A DNA stretch of 64,000 bases from Catajapyx aquilonaris. Taxonomy: Eukaryota. The translations under genes were made by a program, and so were the position numbers. This document shows, piece after piece, positions 11,488 through 26,500 of this stretch (position 1 is its first letter; the number at the start of each line of letters is the position of its first letter). The DNA lies in NCBI GenBank assembly GCA_000934665.2, contig JYFJ02000936.1:1-64000 (forward strand). The letters run 5' to 3'. Below the pieces are notes generated by a model that was not told where the DNA came from, did no database searches, and saw nothing but the letters and a program-made list of their open reading frames with translations.

Positions 11488-13641
11488 GTTGTCTTACTGC
11501 TTTCTTCTCCTGGAAAGAGAAAAAAAGAGAACGGTTTGTTATTTTTAGCGAATTTCCTGTTTGAGTTGTGGTCCTTCTGCTGCTTTAACCTATGTGAATC
11601 AGGAACAGGTCATTCATCGCCCTTTTTTACATTGCTGGTTAGATTTAGTAACCTTTATTGTTCACTCGTACTAGGCATTATCCTACTTACACCAGACAGT
11701 TTAAATGAGACGTGCCCGAGGACATAATGATGTGAATGAGACCTTTCCTTCCTGTTTTAAGAGGCTTCGACCTATAATATTCTCGCAGCCTAAAATGTAT
11801 TTTAATGATGTATACAGTACGTCGTTGGAATTCAACCAGTGACTGACCTTACAGCACATTTCAGGGTTTAAATTGGCCTAGAAGCAGCTTTACTGCTGAT
11901 ATAGCTGTTTCCTGCTTAAATTGAACAAAATATTTAATTAGCATAATGTAATACCCTTGCATATACAAGTGGGTTGCGGATCTATCATGTTCCCTGCTGA
12001 TCATACTACCCAGACCTACATCCGGAGAGCACATCTCTTTATACATGGAAACTCGGACGGGACGTGGGAATCCAACGCACTAATTATTTTCGGCGAGAAC
12101 AAACCCTGCGATACGTGACTGGCACTGGTGACAAGACCTCCTATAGTGATTACCGGTGTGTACCGAAAAGCGGCGGGCTTGAAATGCCTCCGCAGCCACC
12201 GAGAGATTGATCAGATCAGTCGAAGTTTAGTTGATTTTCCCCCGTCCCGTTAATTATCTAACTGCACCTCAACACCCCCGACAGGTGCCTTTGTCCTTTT
12301 GGGCAAAGTGTTCTCTCCGTTACAACAATCCCGCAACCTGTTTTCGCCTGCAGGGCTTGAAGAAGCGAAGGCCATCTTGCCTGCATGACAGGTTGAGCAT
12401 GGGCCATTTCAGAGTCGACATATTTATTTACTATATTATTATTGACATAACGTATTAGTATTACACGATGTTTTAAACGATTATTACAAACGATATGACA
12501 CATGGAAATAATTGTGAATTCATATTCTGTCATGTATAGCCTACGAATGTTAATATATTTTCTTATGACCACTGCTTAACAGTATAGACCCAACAATGCC
12601 CTTGATAAAAATCCATGGTGCGAAGAATATTGAGTAAGACTAGGTGAGTCTAATTTCCCTTTAACCCGGATATTAAATGACACTTCATGCAACTCCTAGC
12701 CTACATGTGAAGTAAGGTCAGCGAAGCGAAGTGCTTTTCACACCCTCTTTTTTTTTCTATATGTCTCTCATTATTTTTTTCCCGAAACGGACGCGACCTT
12801 ACCTGCACGAGACGTTATTATCCCTACCTTGTTATCATAACGGTTTGGACATGTAGCACCTAAACGTTGGGGGAAAAAAATCTGGATTGAAAGTGCCACT
12901 TCCCAGAGTCGATTTCTTGGAGCATATTAGGCTATTAACAGGACACCTTTCAATAAAATCTTGGGGAAGAAAGTTGCTCTAGATCAGGAAATACTGCACA
13001 GAAATTGTGACTAGGAAATGTAACAGGTTTGAAATTGTGAATATTTAGAGTAACTTCCTTTCAATGGAACCAACGGCCTTGTAAACCGGTGTGACTGATT
13101 TCAATTTATCTATTAGCCAGGACCGGATATACAGAATTATTGCGTTTAGAGCACGCGGGAAGTCCAGCATGGACGAATTTGCCTTTATTTTGAAACTATT
13201 TTATGCATAAAATAAAATAGCACCATGGTCCTTCACATATTGTGGTAGGTCAGTAAATATTACTTATCTTTTGAGTGGCTTTTGAACCACAAATTTGATT
13301 GAGAACTAGTATGAGAAATGCAATAACTCAAGACTAGGCATGAAGAACGGCCATAGTTACAGTGGAATGATTCTGTGTGAGAATTTTGTATTAAATAATA
13401 CGTGATGGAATTAATTTTTCCTACACTTTTTAATAGACTCGAGCACTCTAGCAGAAAAGTGATTTGACCATCAAAAGTCACGCGTGAAGGACTGTATTAC
13501 AAAACACTCAATTATGACCAGCTCAAAAGTTAACTGAAATGTGCGCACCGGCAACCAGTTTATCAAAGGTAAGCAACAGCCATTTGCTGGAGTAAAAGTT
13601 TAAAATATTATTGTACAACCCAAAGAAAATATCAGACTTAC

Positions 13642-13867
13642 TGAACGTCCATTCAGCTCGCAGCGTCTACACAATTTGTACACTGCTTCTTTAGGGCGGT
13701 AAAGGAAACCGCCAGATACAAATCTACACAAACACTTGCACACATGCACAACCTCTCTCACACAGTAGCACAGCACAGAGTCCTCCTGCACACGTGGTAC
13801 AGGAATGCAACCATCCTGAGTTGCAAACCACTACGAAGTGAACCTCTGGCGGAGAAGGATTGAATGA
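13642..13867 (-). promoter_or_regulatory. Candidate transcription start and non-coding first exon of the tetraspanin
   Basis: Minus-strand TCATTC (TCAKTY-type initiator) at 13862-13867, GTG-rich leader, GTAAGT donor at 13636-13641. The ATG exon has an acceptor, so an upstream exon is needed. Confidence 0.35.
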
Positions 13868-14239
13868 GGAACAAGAAGAGAAGGTTAGGTGGGTGTTGGG
13901 GGCAGCCCCCGCTATGCAAGAACAAAATCGGAGCGGACGTTCAGCTGGGGCTAAACACACTCGAAGCATGCGCCCTTTTCTTTTTTGTCCGTGTTTCGTT
14001 CGGAGACCCAAAAGTAGGAAAACGGTGCTCACGAGACCGTGTAATAAAATGCCACGCTATTGCTCCAATCAAAGGAGTTTTGCCTGGAAGAGAGAGGTCT
14101 TTCCGGCCAACACCTGCAGAGATGGAAGAAACGCAGGCTGTATCCGCCACATAGAATTAAATGGTCACGAGACTTCGGACACAACTCTATATATATACAC
14201 ACTCTAAAAGAGAAATTCCTTATACAGATATCTGCCGGA

Positions 14240-14505
14240 GAAGTATCAGCCAATCGTAGCCAGAGACGCCACCCATGAATATCTATATTTATCGATACAT
14301 TTCAGGAAAGGCCAGAGCCAATTACAGCAAATAACCCATAAATATCGATATGTATCGATACATATAACGGAAGGGAATGTCGATACATATCAGGCCACAG
14401 CCAATCACATCCAACATGTCATCCATGAATATCGACATGTATCGATACATTTCAGGACATGCCAATCACAGCCAAGATGTCGCCCATTAATATCGATACA
14501 TTCCG
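14240..14505. repeat. Degenerate minisatellite containing five TATCGATA motifs and several GCCAAT boxes
   Basis: TATCGATA at 14290, 14343, 14353, 14440, 14491; recurring unit ccatgaatatcg..atgtatcgatacatttcagg..gccaatcacagcc. Confidence 0.75.
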
Positions 14506-17500
14506 GAATTGAATATGAATACCGAACTGCCTTTTGAACGCAAGGTATATAACAGATGACAGCAACCATTCTGAGACATTTAATCAGCACAGCCATCGAG
14601 TCCCTTCTAATCCAACACCTTCACCTCCTAATTGAGACAAATGGTCTACATGCAGCAGCAATAAAGAGGGACAATTCATTTTTTGGGGGAGGGGGAGAAG
14701 TGGACGGGTAATGACATTGTTGGGGGTTGCACCGAACAAATCGCATTGGGCCTGACCGCAGATTGTACATAATTAATCCTGGCCTGCGTTGCGAATATTA
14801 GCGCATTTGGCAGCTGACACACATCTCCGTGTAACTGAGCTTTGATGGCCGTGTGTGTACACTATTTCACACTAGCCACGTAGTAATTGTCACGCAACTG
14901 CACTTCGAATAGGGTACGGCCGAATGAATGATAGGCCTGGCTAATTGGACGTGCACAAAAGCCTGCAATTGTCTGGTCAGGAAAGGATTGCAGGGGAGAG
15001 ACTCGACATTTTCTTTTTTTGGGCGAAAAAAACCATTCGTTTTAATCCTTCTATTGACTTCCAACAGGCAAAGGAGGAACTGAGAAGATTTTATGGAAAT
15101 GCATTTGATTGTTTACGACGGATCCGGGTTGGATTTTCAATCCGCAAAAACCCGTGATTAATAGGCCCGGCGGTTAGCAGCCGCAAGCCAAAACGATTTT
15201 GCGATTCATTAAGTCTCCTTTTTTTGGGCGGGTATTATTATTAGAATTCGCGACTCTTTCTTGACGTCTCATACTCAGAATTTTGATTACGTGCTCTGGA
15301 GCCAAAATAGCATTGAGGTAATTAATCTAAATGTAACATGTACCATTCAGTATCATGATGGCTGATTGAATGAGACATGCCCGACGTGATAAATGACAGC
15401 ACATGTTTCTTAGCTTTACATGCCATTAGGTAGTGCCAGGTGGGCGCTGTCCCTATTACATAGTATAGGTGTTACATACTGTAGATTAAGGGCCTGTTAT
15501 ATCAACATAAAATAAACACCTCTGATTGTCACTGGAATTGAGAATGCAAAAATAAAAATTAATCCAAATTTAAGCAAAATCTAATTTTACGACGCGATGT
15601 TCAGTTTGCACTATAGAAACTACTTACATTGATATAAATTACTACAAAAATAGGCGTTCTATAGTATGCTATATACGAGGATTTAAATTTGGATGTGAAC
15701 TCAGTAGATCCCGGAAATTACATGTTTGTGGTTCCGCTAAAATTGATTCCAATATCTTAATCGAATGGTTCGAGTGCAGGTCGTGCTTATTGGCAATCGG
15801 CATTAGCTGTGCGGGCAATCGTCTAATGTGCAGTTTTATTGGCACGCTCCAGTCATTTCGATGTCAAAAGTTTCAATTAAACTCAAAGCGGTCACATTCT
15901 GATGCGTGCATATATGAGGCTTAGGGGGGGCCATAAAAAGTATTGCAATCGTTTAATGTGAGAGTGCACACGGCTTAGAATAGTGCAATTATTCTGTAAA
16001 AAAATATGAAATGTCGCCCTGATCATAAAGCCAACTTTTCCATAACTCTCGAGTTTATTCTGATGTGCAGAAGTCACGGATCTTTGTGCAGCCTAATTAT
16101 GTCTGTGTAAATAATCATTCTTCGTTATGGCGCTGTGACTGTGCGGCCTTCGCATTTTATTACGCAAGGCGCATTGTTGCCCTTCAAATAGACCATGAAC
16201 GTCCTTTGTAATGTAGGAAATCGCAGATGACTATACGAATTTTTCGTGCTACTGGAGAGCCTGGCCACGCCTCTAAAGCTATGTAGCAGAACATGTCACC
16301 TTTAAAAACCTAGCAGAGATCAAGATAAAATGTTCATAAAAATGCTACAACTTCTTAAGTATGTTAAGTGATTTAAAAGAAGCAACAATTGAACGGTGCA
16401 TCAAACGATATTATTTATTCTTTTTCAACTGGTTGCTGGTGCGGACATTGGCGGCCACAGAATATTGTTGTTCGTACATGTTTATTGATGGACATGATGA
16501 CGTTATAAGACACTGGCCCGGATAATATAGTGCGAGATGCATTACTGAATAGTAGAGCCAGTATACTATAAATCAGGATTTGCAGAATTATTAAGATTTA
16601 TGTGGACATGGAATTGGCTACATCTGTGAATATTACGTCAAGGCTTAACTCAGAGGGCCCTGCAGTGTCACTTGCGGTGAAGTATGCAGATAAATGTAAG
16701 GTTTGCACATGTTAGGTTATCATTGCACATCAGTTAAGCCTATATGATTTTACTCATTTAAACAGCTCGCTTCTCACATCAGAAATGCTGGTCCTGCCCC
16801 AAATATTCAGCCGCGTGGATAACTGGATGTATTACTCATGCCACGGTCCATTACATGCAGATGTATTTAGCATACATTATGGAATAGCACTACTTGTTAA
16901 CATTGATGTTTAGGCTTAAAGTGGTTATGTGAACGAGAACCTAATTATTATAACATTTATACGCGAAGGTTTATTTTTGTTCACTTAACACAGTACGTGA
17001 ATAGGGAATGTCCTGTGCGTTCTGCCTCCAAGTTCAACAATTTACCACTCAAACATTTTCCGGTTCCAGAAAAGAGGCCGCATAATTAAAAGTGAACCCT
17101 CCAAAAAATTCCAGTGCACGTACCGAATATTGAACATGACACGTCGTGCCAAACTCATCCTCCATGTCAACCCCAACCGAGTGACGTCCTATATGTGGAC
17201 ACCAGCTTCGAGTCGTTCAAGAGATAGACTACAACTAGCTACACCAAATAATTCAAAGTACTGCAACAGTGTTCATTTCCCAATTGACTCCCATCCGTTA
17301 TTTTATTTGCTTGCACACCGTGACTTCCCAGATTGGTTTAGTGAATGTCCTTGGGTTCCATGAGAGTAGTAAAAGTAGGAAAGTACGCAGTATTTGGGAG
17401 TGGTGCAGGCGTTGGACGGAAAAAGAGCGTACATATATATCTGTAGGTCTGCGTACAAACGTGTGGGCGGCCGGGGAAGAATCAATATCAGGCAGCGAGA

Positions 17501-20500
17501 GTGCGCAAAACCTCGCCGAATCTCGCGAAAATTTTGGGTCCTGCGCGGATGCTGCGTGCAAATGCTGCAAACTGGCCCACGGCTGGATCTGGTCGCTTTT
17601 GATGTTCCAAATGCATTGGGGAAGGCCACTAAATGATTACTATTTTATGTGCCAGGCAATGCACTGCAAGTACTGCAAGAGAAGCTGGAGCTGAGGCAAC
17701 TAATGCAACGACTCTCTGAGAGGAGACCTATATAATCACATTTTATAGGGAAAGCAAATTGTATATAGTCCTCTCTCAATAGGATCAGATTGCATCCTTT
17801 TTCCGGTATAGCTAAAATCCGGTCTCATCTTGCTTGCCTTGTGTATCATCCTCGTGTACCTTGAGGATTACTTGAGGATGAATGATCGTGTTTTGAGATC
17901 GAGGAGGTAGGAAGCCTGGATACATCTGTACTCTATTACAGGAACGCTTAGATTCGTATTATGTCGCAAATAGTGTACCAAGCTATAGAGGTGGGTTTAA
18001 GCTGAGGAAGTCGCTCCAATTTACGAGTAGATTCAATCCAGAAGCAGCAGTGCAATGGTTCAGACCACATCAATTATTCACATCATATCATATCACGACA
18101 CATGACTCAAGAGGAACAGTGTAGCCTACTAGATTGCGTAAAAAAAGGACTGAATTGAAGATGATGCTAAATAGGGTCATAATCAGTGGCTTTGAGTTCA
18201 AAATATATTAGTGGGTGTAATTAATAGCAGTCTTTGCCAACAGAAAACGAGATGAACATGGGTTTTGTAGAATGGGTTAATATAAAAAACATAATTAAAT
18301 GTGTCCATATCGGAATCTCCTTTCACATTTTTTTTGGGTTTCCAATCAGGTTTCTGTTTCACTTCTGGCTGACACACCAAATGAGATCTTAGTTTGAATT
18401 AAAAGTGCAAGGTAAGACCTATTTTTACATGAGAAATGTAATGAACACCTTGCCTTGTCTATTATCTTCATGTAATAACATTGACGTTATACGATTTCAT
18501 ATGGCTCAGCAACGAACCTTACAATAATTATGATGGTGTTGGCACTGCCTAATTTTAATGACAGCAGTGCCTGCATCTGTTGATCAGCATCATTTTGACC
18601 AGGGTCATCCATCAAACCCAAAATGTTCTGTGCACGCCAATAAATTAATATTTACCCGAATTGTTGTCGGATCCATCCGCCCGTTTCACTGCATTCATGG
18701 GAGCAATCAGTGTTGCTCTGATACAGCTTTTAAATACCGTCAATTGCACGTAATGATGCAAACCATCACGGAGAAGTGGTTGGTTGCAGTTGGGTACATA
18801 AATCAAAGGCATGTGCGTAACGGATCATTGATATGTCAGAAACAAATATATTCGAGTTTAATCATTCTGATGATGCAACAAGAGCAATTGGCATCTGATT
18901 TCAGCAATTTTATTCAACCATGTTTTTTCAAGTGGCTCCATCAGTAATCCTTAAAGTGAAACAGACACTTCAATTGGAACATAATTTGTTTCGCATTCAC
19001 AGCACCTGAGGCACAGCAGGTGATAATTAATCAGCTGGCAACAAGGTTCGAGTCAGCTCGCTTCGTAAAACCGGAGCACTGAACAGTCCAATGGGGTCAG
19101 TCCCATCTGGCAATGAAAATGGTCTCTTATTTGTCACCCTCTAATGTCCTGTTACAGTGCAGCGGTTTGTCTTTCGCTGGAGAATTCCAGGCCTTCCACT
19201 TTGTCCTGTACAGTATCACAGTCGTGAGTGTCCTGCATGCATTATTTTGGTAATTTAACTGCAGTATGATTAAATTGCGAATTTGAATTTTGTCGCATTT
19301 TCTGCGCCTTATGCCAAAACAATATTATTTTAAAAAATGACCGCCCACACTTAGCAAAATTGCTTGAAGTTAATTACGTTTGTGCGAACAATGGTGCCAG
19401 AAATATGCCCTCCCTTTCTTTAGGAAAAAAAAAATCCGGATCGATCTGTGTATAAGTATTTCGAAGAGACAAAAATGCTGAATTTTCTTCTGATAAAATA
19501 AAACCGAGAGTCGTGGCTGCCATCATTTGCAAGGCTAAGCAGTGGGACTGGGGCGAATCAGCGCATAAAATTGTGTGATTAGGAAAGAAAGGTGGTTTTT
19601 GGGTGCTGGTGGTAAGGTTCATTTCACAGTCGAGCCAGCTCTGCTTCCCCACGGATTTTCGAGTGCAGAGTAATCTCAAAAGTGCTTGTCACGGGTTGTG
19701 CCAGGAATTTTGTTCCACACGCCCCAACACTCTTAATGTCGCGAAAATTTCATATTTTGCATGTAAAAGTTGGGGTGTTCAGTAATGGGATTTGAAAGAT
19801 AAGCTCTGCCCAACGGACCTGAATGTGTTGTAATATGGCATGGACTTGGTCCATTCATGTTGGTCTAAAAGGATCAAGTTTTGTGACCGCAGTACCTGCA
19901 CTTGCAAGGTAGGATTAAAAGTATTATTGCAATGTATTGAGTTATGTGCACGCAGTAGTCTATGTTCAAGGCGAATAACATGCATTACAACATAAACAGT
20001 CTGCGTATTTTTAGGCAATGATACTTTTTATTAGCGTAAAATAGAAAGTTGGATGGAATCACGTTTTATGGATGTCAGTTTCATATTTTGGAGAGTATAA
20101 TAATGCCCTATATTGTTTGGGTGCTTTACATTTACTGAGCTTCTTCATTGCGTATAGAGCCCCATTTTGCCTGCAGCGTAAAACCGTACTGTGTGTGCAC
20201 TCTGGTGCTGGCAATTAAGGTGTGCCCCAGAGTAAACGCGTTAGCCAAAATGAAGCTGGGCTACAGGCTGGTCCGAAAGTCCCGAGGTTCTCGCTCCATT
20301 ATTAGCATTAATTTTGCATCAGCGTTGATTAGAGAGTCAACGTCAACGCGGTTAATTCTTTAAGTCATGAACTATGCATCGTATGAACATGTACACACTA
20401 CATTTTGACGTAGCCCTCTAAAAGGCTCTTTGTGTGACATTGTTGAATCAAAATGCTTGTATTGTGTTGGTCTACAACGTGCTCCCCCTCCCCCCACCTT

Positions 20501-23500
20501 GACGTGGCTTGCGTTTCTCCCGTGACCCCAAGAGCTATGCCGGCTGTAGCTTCGTCCACTGGCAGGGCCAACCTTGAGATATAGGAAACAGACAAAAGAG
20601 ATGCCATTCTTTCCTCTCCTCTTTTCCCTCTTTATTTCTCTCTCTATCTGTCCCACCTTTGTGTCTTCTAATAGCCAGATAGCCATAGTAGCTTTGGCTC
20701 TTTCCTAATAAACCTAAACCTAACAACCTGTAATAAGATAGTGTAGTCCGAAGGGATAGTTTTCATCTCAGTGCACTGTAATTCGTTCGTGCTTACAGAC
20801 ATCAGTTCTCATTTGGTTGGCCTAATGCACACTAGTCCCGCGAGGCTCTAATTAGGCGGAGAGGACTTCATTTTCATCACAATTATCTTTCCCTTCTCGC
20901 CCAAATCCTCTCTCTTCCTCTTCTTGTCCAACAGGTTATTAGGCATCACGAGTGGGCTCCGGATATTTGAAGGAAAAAAGGGGGGTTTCAAATCTACCTC
21001 AGCTTTCCTTATATATACAGAGGCAGAGATCAGTATTTTTTGCAAAATTTATTTTCCATTTGTGCCGTTCGCGAGAGGAGGGGCTTGCTGAAGTGCAAAA
21101 TCTATATTCAAGCGCAGAGAGTTGCGTTATGGCCTAGCGTTTCATATTGATTGACAAACGGGCCAAAGCCCTCTCTTTTTTAAACTTTTTTGGGATTGTA
21201 ACAAAGGACTGCTCCCGAGCTTAATTGAAACCGGCACGTAAAATGCGCATAATTTCTACCAGGATTGGATATTCTCTAACAATGTAGGACACTAGAGGAA
21301 TCGCCGGGAGAGTACAGCGATAGTATCCAAGTTCTGAATCTGGAAGATTACGCGAAATCCTGCGGAATTTGTGGAAATAATTTGGAGAATCCGGCAAAGC
21401 CACGGGAGACCACGGGGAGTCTGGAGTGATACCATGATTTGTTATAGAAATGGCTACAGGATGTTTCATAATGACACCTCAGGTTAGTTCATGTGCAGCA
21501 GGATATTACGTCGCCAAGAAAAGAATGGTTCAAACTCACCATGAAAATCTGATTCTGTCGCACTTATCTTTATAGTAACAGTCACTTAATCACTTGTGTA
21601 AGCCAGCAGGTATTGACTAATCTCAGGATTGTTATTTCCTGGGGAGGAGGAGAAATCGCATGGTGCAGAGTGCTTTCTGTGCCTTGCTCGCTTGAAAATT
21701 AATTACCCTACTTATCCAGAGATGAGGATAGGATTTCTGTATACCTGTGCACAAACTTTCCTCTCTCATGCTAATGTCTGGAAATCCTTCTAGCGATCCT
21801 AAACAAAATAGGGGAGGGGGAGGACTCCAAAAATAACATTGCATTGATTTTTTAAATTTTGTGTTCTGTTAACGTACATGGTCATGACTATTGAAACTTC
21901 TAGGGTGAACTCCTAGGCGCATATGTACTAAAGAGGCGACATGATCAGGGTAATGAAATATCCTGGACAGTATGCAACTCCAAGCAATTGCATTTTTTCC
22001 AACAATATTACTTCGTGTTTGCTTTTAAACTCATGCGTACTTCCACCTTATTTTGGCCACTCCGGAAATCGATCTATCACCCTCCCCCACCCCCCCCAAA
22101 AAAATCCCCTTCTGGTGTTGATGCTGCCAGCACGTCAAATAGTGATCGAGGTAAGGAAGAGATATCCGGCGGGATTCTACCTCAAAAAGTCGATTAATGT
22201 TATCTTCTCCGCCGCACAAACTCGACGAGTTTGGATTGATGACGACGCCCCGATAGAAGTGGGTGAAGATTATGTGTCCTGACAGCAAGGAAAGGGGATC
22301 CAGGTTTTGAGCCAGCTCCTGGGCCTTTCCCAATTTGTACACTAGACGATCCGTTAAGAGTAATAATTCAAGAGAGGAGGCCTGGAGTCATAAAGGTTCA
22401 AATGGCGCATACCCTCAAGGGAGGTAATCAGCATGAGGAGAATTTGAAAATCTACCTTGTTTTTTTCCCCTTCTTCTTCTTTCCAGCACAGTCTGGCCAA
22501 AATGTAACAAGTGTTTGGCTAACAGGTTCCTCATCTTGCCAAGAAAACTGTACGACCTCATAGTGTGAAGGGCGACGTTACTGGATGTTGTTTGTCTGGT
22601 TTTCGTGGCTGTTGACTTTTGGCACCATTCATCTGGGGTGACAACCACCGCTCTTGTGATGCCATAAGAGATTGTTTATCACGCGTGTCATTTTGTGCAA
22701 CTCGCAATCAGGATGCATAAAAATACTTTGAGTTATAATTTCATCTCCTATAGGGCACGTCCTAGGGTGAGATATGTACTCAGCTTGTGGGCATGATAAC
22801 AGGTGGGAATATACCGGTATTACTTGCAGATATCTGTAACTTGGTATTGTTACATCATTTGGTATGGAAGTAAGATTAGTGTTCATAATACAGTCAAAAC
22901 CACATTAATTTAGCACAAATTAAATATATCCCGCTTTTGCAGAGATGCATTTAGTTAACATTAGACTTTTACCTGCATGTTTGCCAAGGATGACACGCAC
23001 TCTACACTTTGGCATTTATAGGTTTGAGAGTACACTTGATCCTGGGGAACTCATGTGGATCATTAATAATTTATAATTCGCCAGCAATGATGCGCGCAAT
23101 CCACCTTGATGGAACTTACTATTGACTGAATTTTGTGTAATGTGGTTGCAAGTGAATGCAGAGAATTTATTGAAAAAAAAAATGAAAAGCTGCTCAGGAA
23201 GCGGTAATCCTTAAATCGATTGGACCCTTGAGATACGCGCACAAAGCGAAATCCTAGCTTCAATCCCGATCCGTTCCTACAGATTTTTGAGATGCTTTTT
23301 ACTTAATATTTACCAGATAATAATTAGTATGATAGAAGATGCATTTTGCACAGACATTATATATGAATGGTTTTATGGCTAGCAAATATCAGTATGATAA
23401 GTAACTGTTTTCATCTTCAACCAGGATTGCAGCTCATGCGCGTAAATGACATTGAGGATTAAATCCACTAAAAATTTCACGCTAGTTGCAAAACTTGGAG

Positions 23501-26500
23501 AGAATTTTTAGATTTGCACATGACAATCCAATCCTATTTCCACGGACCTTCCAATTTGCCATATGTTTGCAAATTTTGTTTTCGTTTCCCCCCTAGTCTC
23601 CCAGTTGAATTGGAGGCTTGAGAAAAGTGAGTTAGCCTCAAGTAAAACCATTTCATACTCAATTGGCAGGTTCCTGCCGACAACGGGCATAGGCCTCTCG
23701 GGAAATTCTCAGAGAAGAAGCCGGGGAAAAAAAAATCAAGCACGGGGCGTTAGCCTGTTGATTGATCTTTTCACGTAACACGGGCCTACCCCACGCAGTC
23801 CAGCTCTCGAGAAAAAGTTGTTTTAAGAGACCTCACAAGTGGACACGAAGATTACAAAGCCAGGAGGTGCCAATGGATTATCCTGGAGTGGATTTAGCAC
23901 AAAAATTGATTGGTCTGAAAATATTGACCTAGCGGATGGCCGCAATTAATGCTTCCATGGGATGGTATGGCTTACCACTCAAGCTGCTGGGTTCACACAC
24001 CTTGTCTTTGCCTTTATGCCGTTGCAGTTCTTCTGTAAGTCTGTCCAGAATATTATTCCAAATAAGCTGCACGTGTCTCAAGCCACTGCTAATTTTTCCG
24101 ATAACAAGTGTGCTTGTCCCCACGATGATTTACTAGCCCCGATAGGTCGAAAACTACTACAATTTAAGCCTATCGCTGAGAATGGTCGTAAATGGCATCG
24201 AGCACGAATCCCCAATTCTCTGTCTCCCTCCAGCTGACTTAATTTGTGAATATCACGCTATGTTTTTTTAAAACTGGAAGCTGGATTATACCACATGACT
24301 TGTACCTTCAAAGAGTCATTGCACCATCATGTTAATCGAGGGAAGTGCTGGGGGTCCAGATAGACGAAATTTGAGCAGTGAAATGTTTATCGTCGTTTAG
24401 CTTAACCACAGGGAAGTCCCCTGGTTTCTGAAACGGAACACCGCTTCCTAATTAGTATGCAAATGCATTTACCATGAAGCTTCTGCTCTTTGCCTCCCCC
24501 GACCATCCAACCACTAGTCCTCACGATATTTCTTTTTCATGAATGGAATTACCCAAATCAGGGAGGATATTTCATCGCGGTTTACTGGTTCTTCTTTTTT
24601 CTTCTTATTCTTTTTTTTTACTGTCAAACAGTCCAACATTTCCCCTTCTCATAACTCGTACTTGTTCTTCAGATTTACAACTTTCACTACTGTGCAGCTA
24701 CGTGACATTTATTGCTGGTCGTTGCATTCAGATGTGCAGACAGATAGGTGCAGAGTCGAGTTATGTTCCGATTGAACGCAACCCTAGGAATCCAGGGCGT
24801 GACTCTTAATAAATCGAATCCGGATATATGTATAAAAACGAGAGAGAGAGAAGAGTGGTCCCTGCAGAGCAACCCATCTTGACTTTTCGAGCTTATAGGA
24901 TCAGCCTAAGCTGTGATTAGGGGCCGGTTTCACGGAACGATGCTTTTTAATCCACAGTCACGGGACGAGGTTTGGCCCCTGACTCAGGTTAACCTAGGGG
25001 GGCAAAATTAATATGGACGATACTTTTGGGATATCCCATGGAGATTGGTGGTATTATTTTAAATATCGTGATAATACAGGTTAACATATGGTTTGTTTCT
25101 GAAGTATATATAGGATTTACATCCTCTTCCAATGTAACTACTGATAGCTACTGTTCCTTTCAGGCCATTAAACTTGGTATATAAAATCACAGGTTTATTA
25201 AGGCCTGTTAACGATCCGTTAATGGCTAGAGGCATTTATAGTCGAAGGAACTCTGAATATTGGCAATCCTGATGGTCACATGATAAGAATAAGCCAATAA
25301 ATATCCGGCAGCCATTGTGACGAGCAGGAGTGTTTTCAAGCAAGAAGGAATTGAGACGTTGCTTGTTAACGGCCAGTAAGGTTGGAGAAACTGGGCGTGG
25401 GAGTCATGAACACGTCAGTCAAATTGTTCATGATATGAAAATATTGCATATTACATCCAGGCAGCAGGCTTCACGATTAGCTGAATTATTATATGATGGC
25501 ATTGTTGGCAATGTGTGTATTCTTAATTGGGTCATCAACTCTAAAATAACGACAACATTATGTTAACTGAGGTTGACGAAACCTGGCACTAATATTCATA
25601 AAATCATCAGTCATTGGCTAACTAGGGTGTCACCAATGAAAAAGATTCACGCCATCGCCTGTGTTTTTGGCCCACAATATACTACCGGTACCTTTCTGTT
25701 TCATAATGAGTCATGCAAAATTCTAAGGTGAACTCCTGAGTACCAGAGTACCACTTATCTTGTAGAAGTGACATTTAGTCAACTTAGCCTAGTTTCTGAG
25801 ATAATGAGCAAATTATTATTATACCAGCATATTAGCTTTCCTCCAACAGTTTAATTTCAAATTTCAATTTTATTTTTATTTTAAGCTGCAATTTAATTAG
25901 GCTCAGCAGGCAGTGGTCGAGGCAATGGAAGCGTCCGTCGTAGGTTGCATCGTCCACCTTAAAAGGGATGTTCTTTCTGAGTAACAATTCTTCGGAGGAC
26001 AAATGACACCTCTACCAAAAGTGGTACTGTGATGCTGATGAGTTTACCCTAGAAGTTTGTACAAATAATTATGGAACATTATTTATGGACTGTGGACCAT
26101 TATTTACAGAGATGAACCCTCGGCCATCAGTGGTACAACCCATAACTTTTTTTTAAAATCTGGAAAGTGACTTATTGCTTCTATGAGATGCAATTATTGC
26201 GATTTTGAGTACAGTACTATGAACAGCACTCACCGGTTAGTAAGGAAGTATCCGGGTAGTATCCGGGATGGCACGACTTCTTGTTCGAAGTTTGGTGCAA
26301 CAGTTAATTTTCACAAAAAACCCATTTGAGTCCGGTCCGTTCGACGCCGCACCAAAAAAGAGTGTAAACAAGTGTTCTGAAGCGAAGAGGTGTGTTTTTA
26401 TATGTGGTTGTGTGAGCACTTCCCGCACTTGCAAATATATTTCTTTTGCATACACAAAAAGAATTTGTTCACATACAACTCTTGAGAGGGTGTCCGGATG

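Larger units (their letters stand above)
4929..11509 (-). other. Tetraspanin gene span (7 coding exons, 274 aa, 6-cysteine EC2 type); 5' UTR exon(s) lie further right
   Basis: Exons of 22+71+60+45+30+28+18 codons join in frame through GT-AG, all phase-0 introns. The product has 4 TM segments, GFFGCCGA at the end of TM2, and CCG, PxxCC and GC motifs in EC2. Confidence 0.95.
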
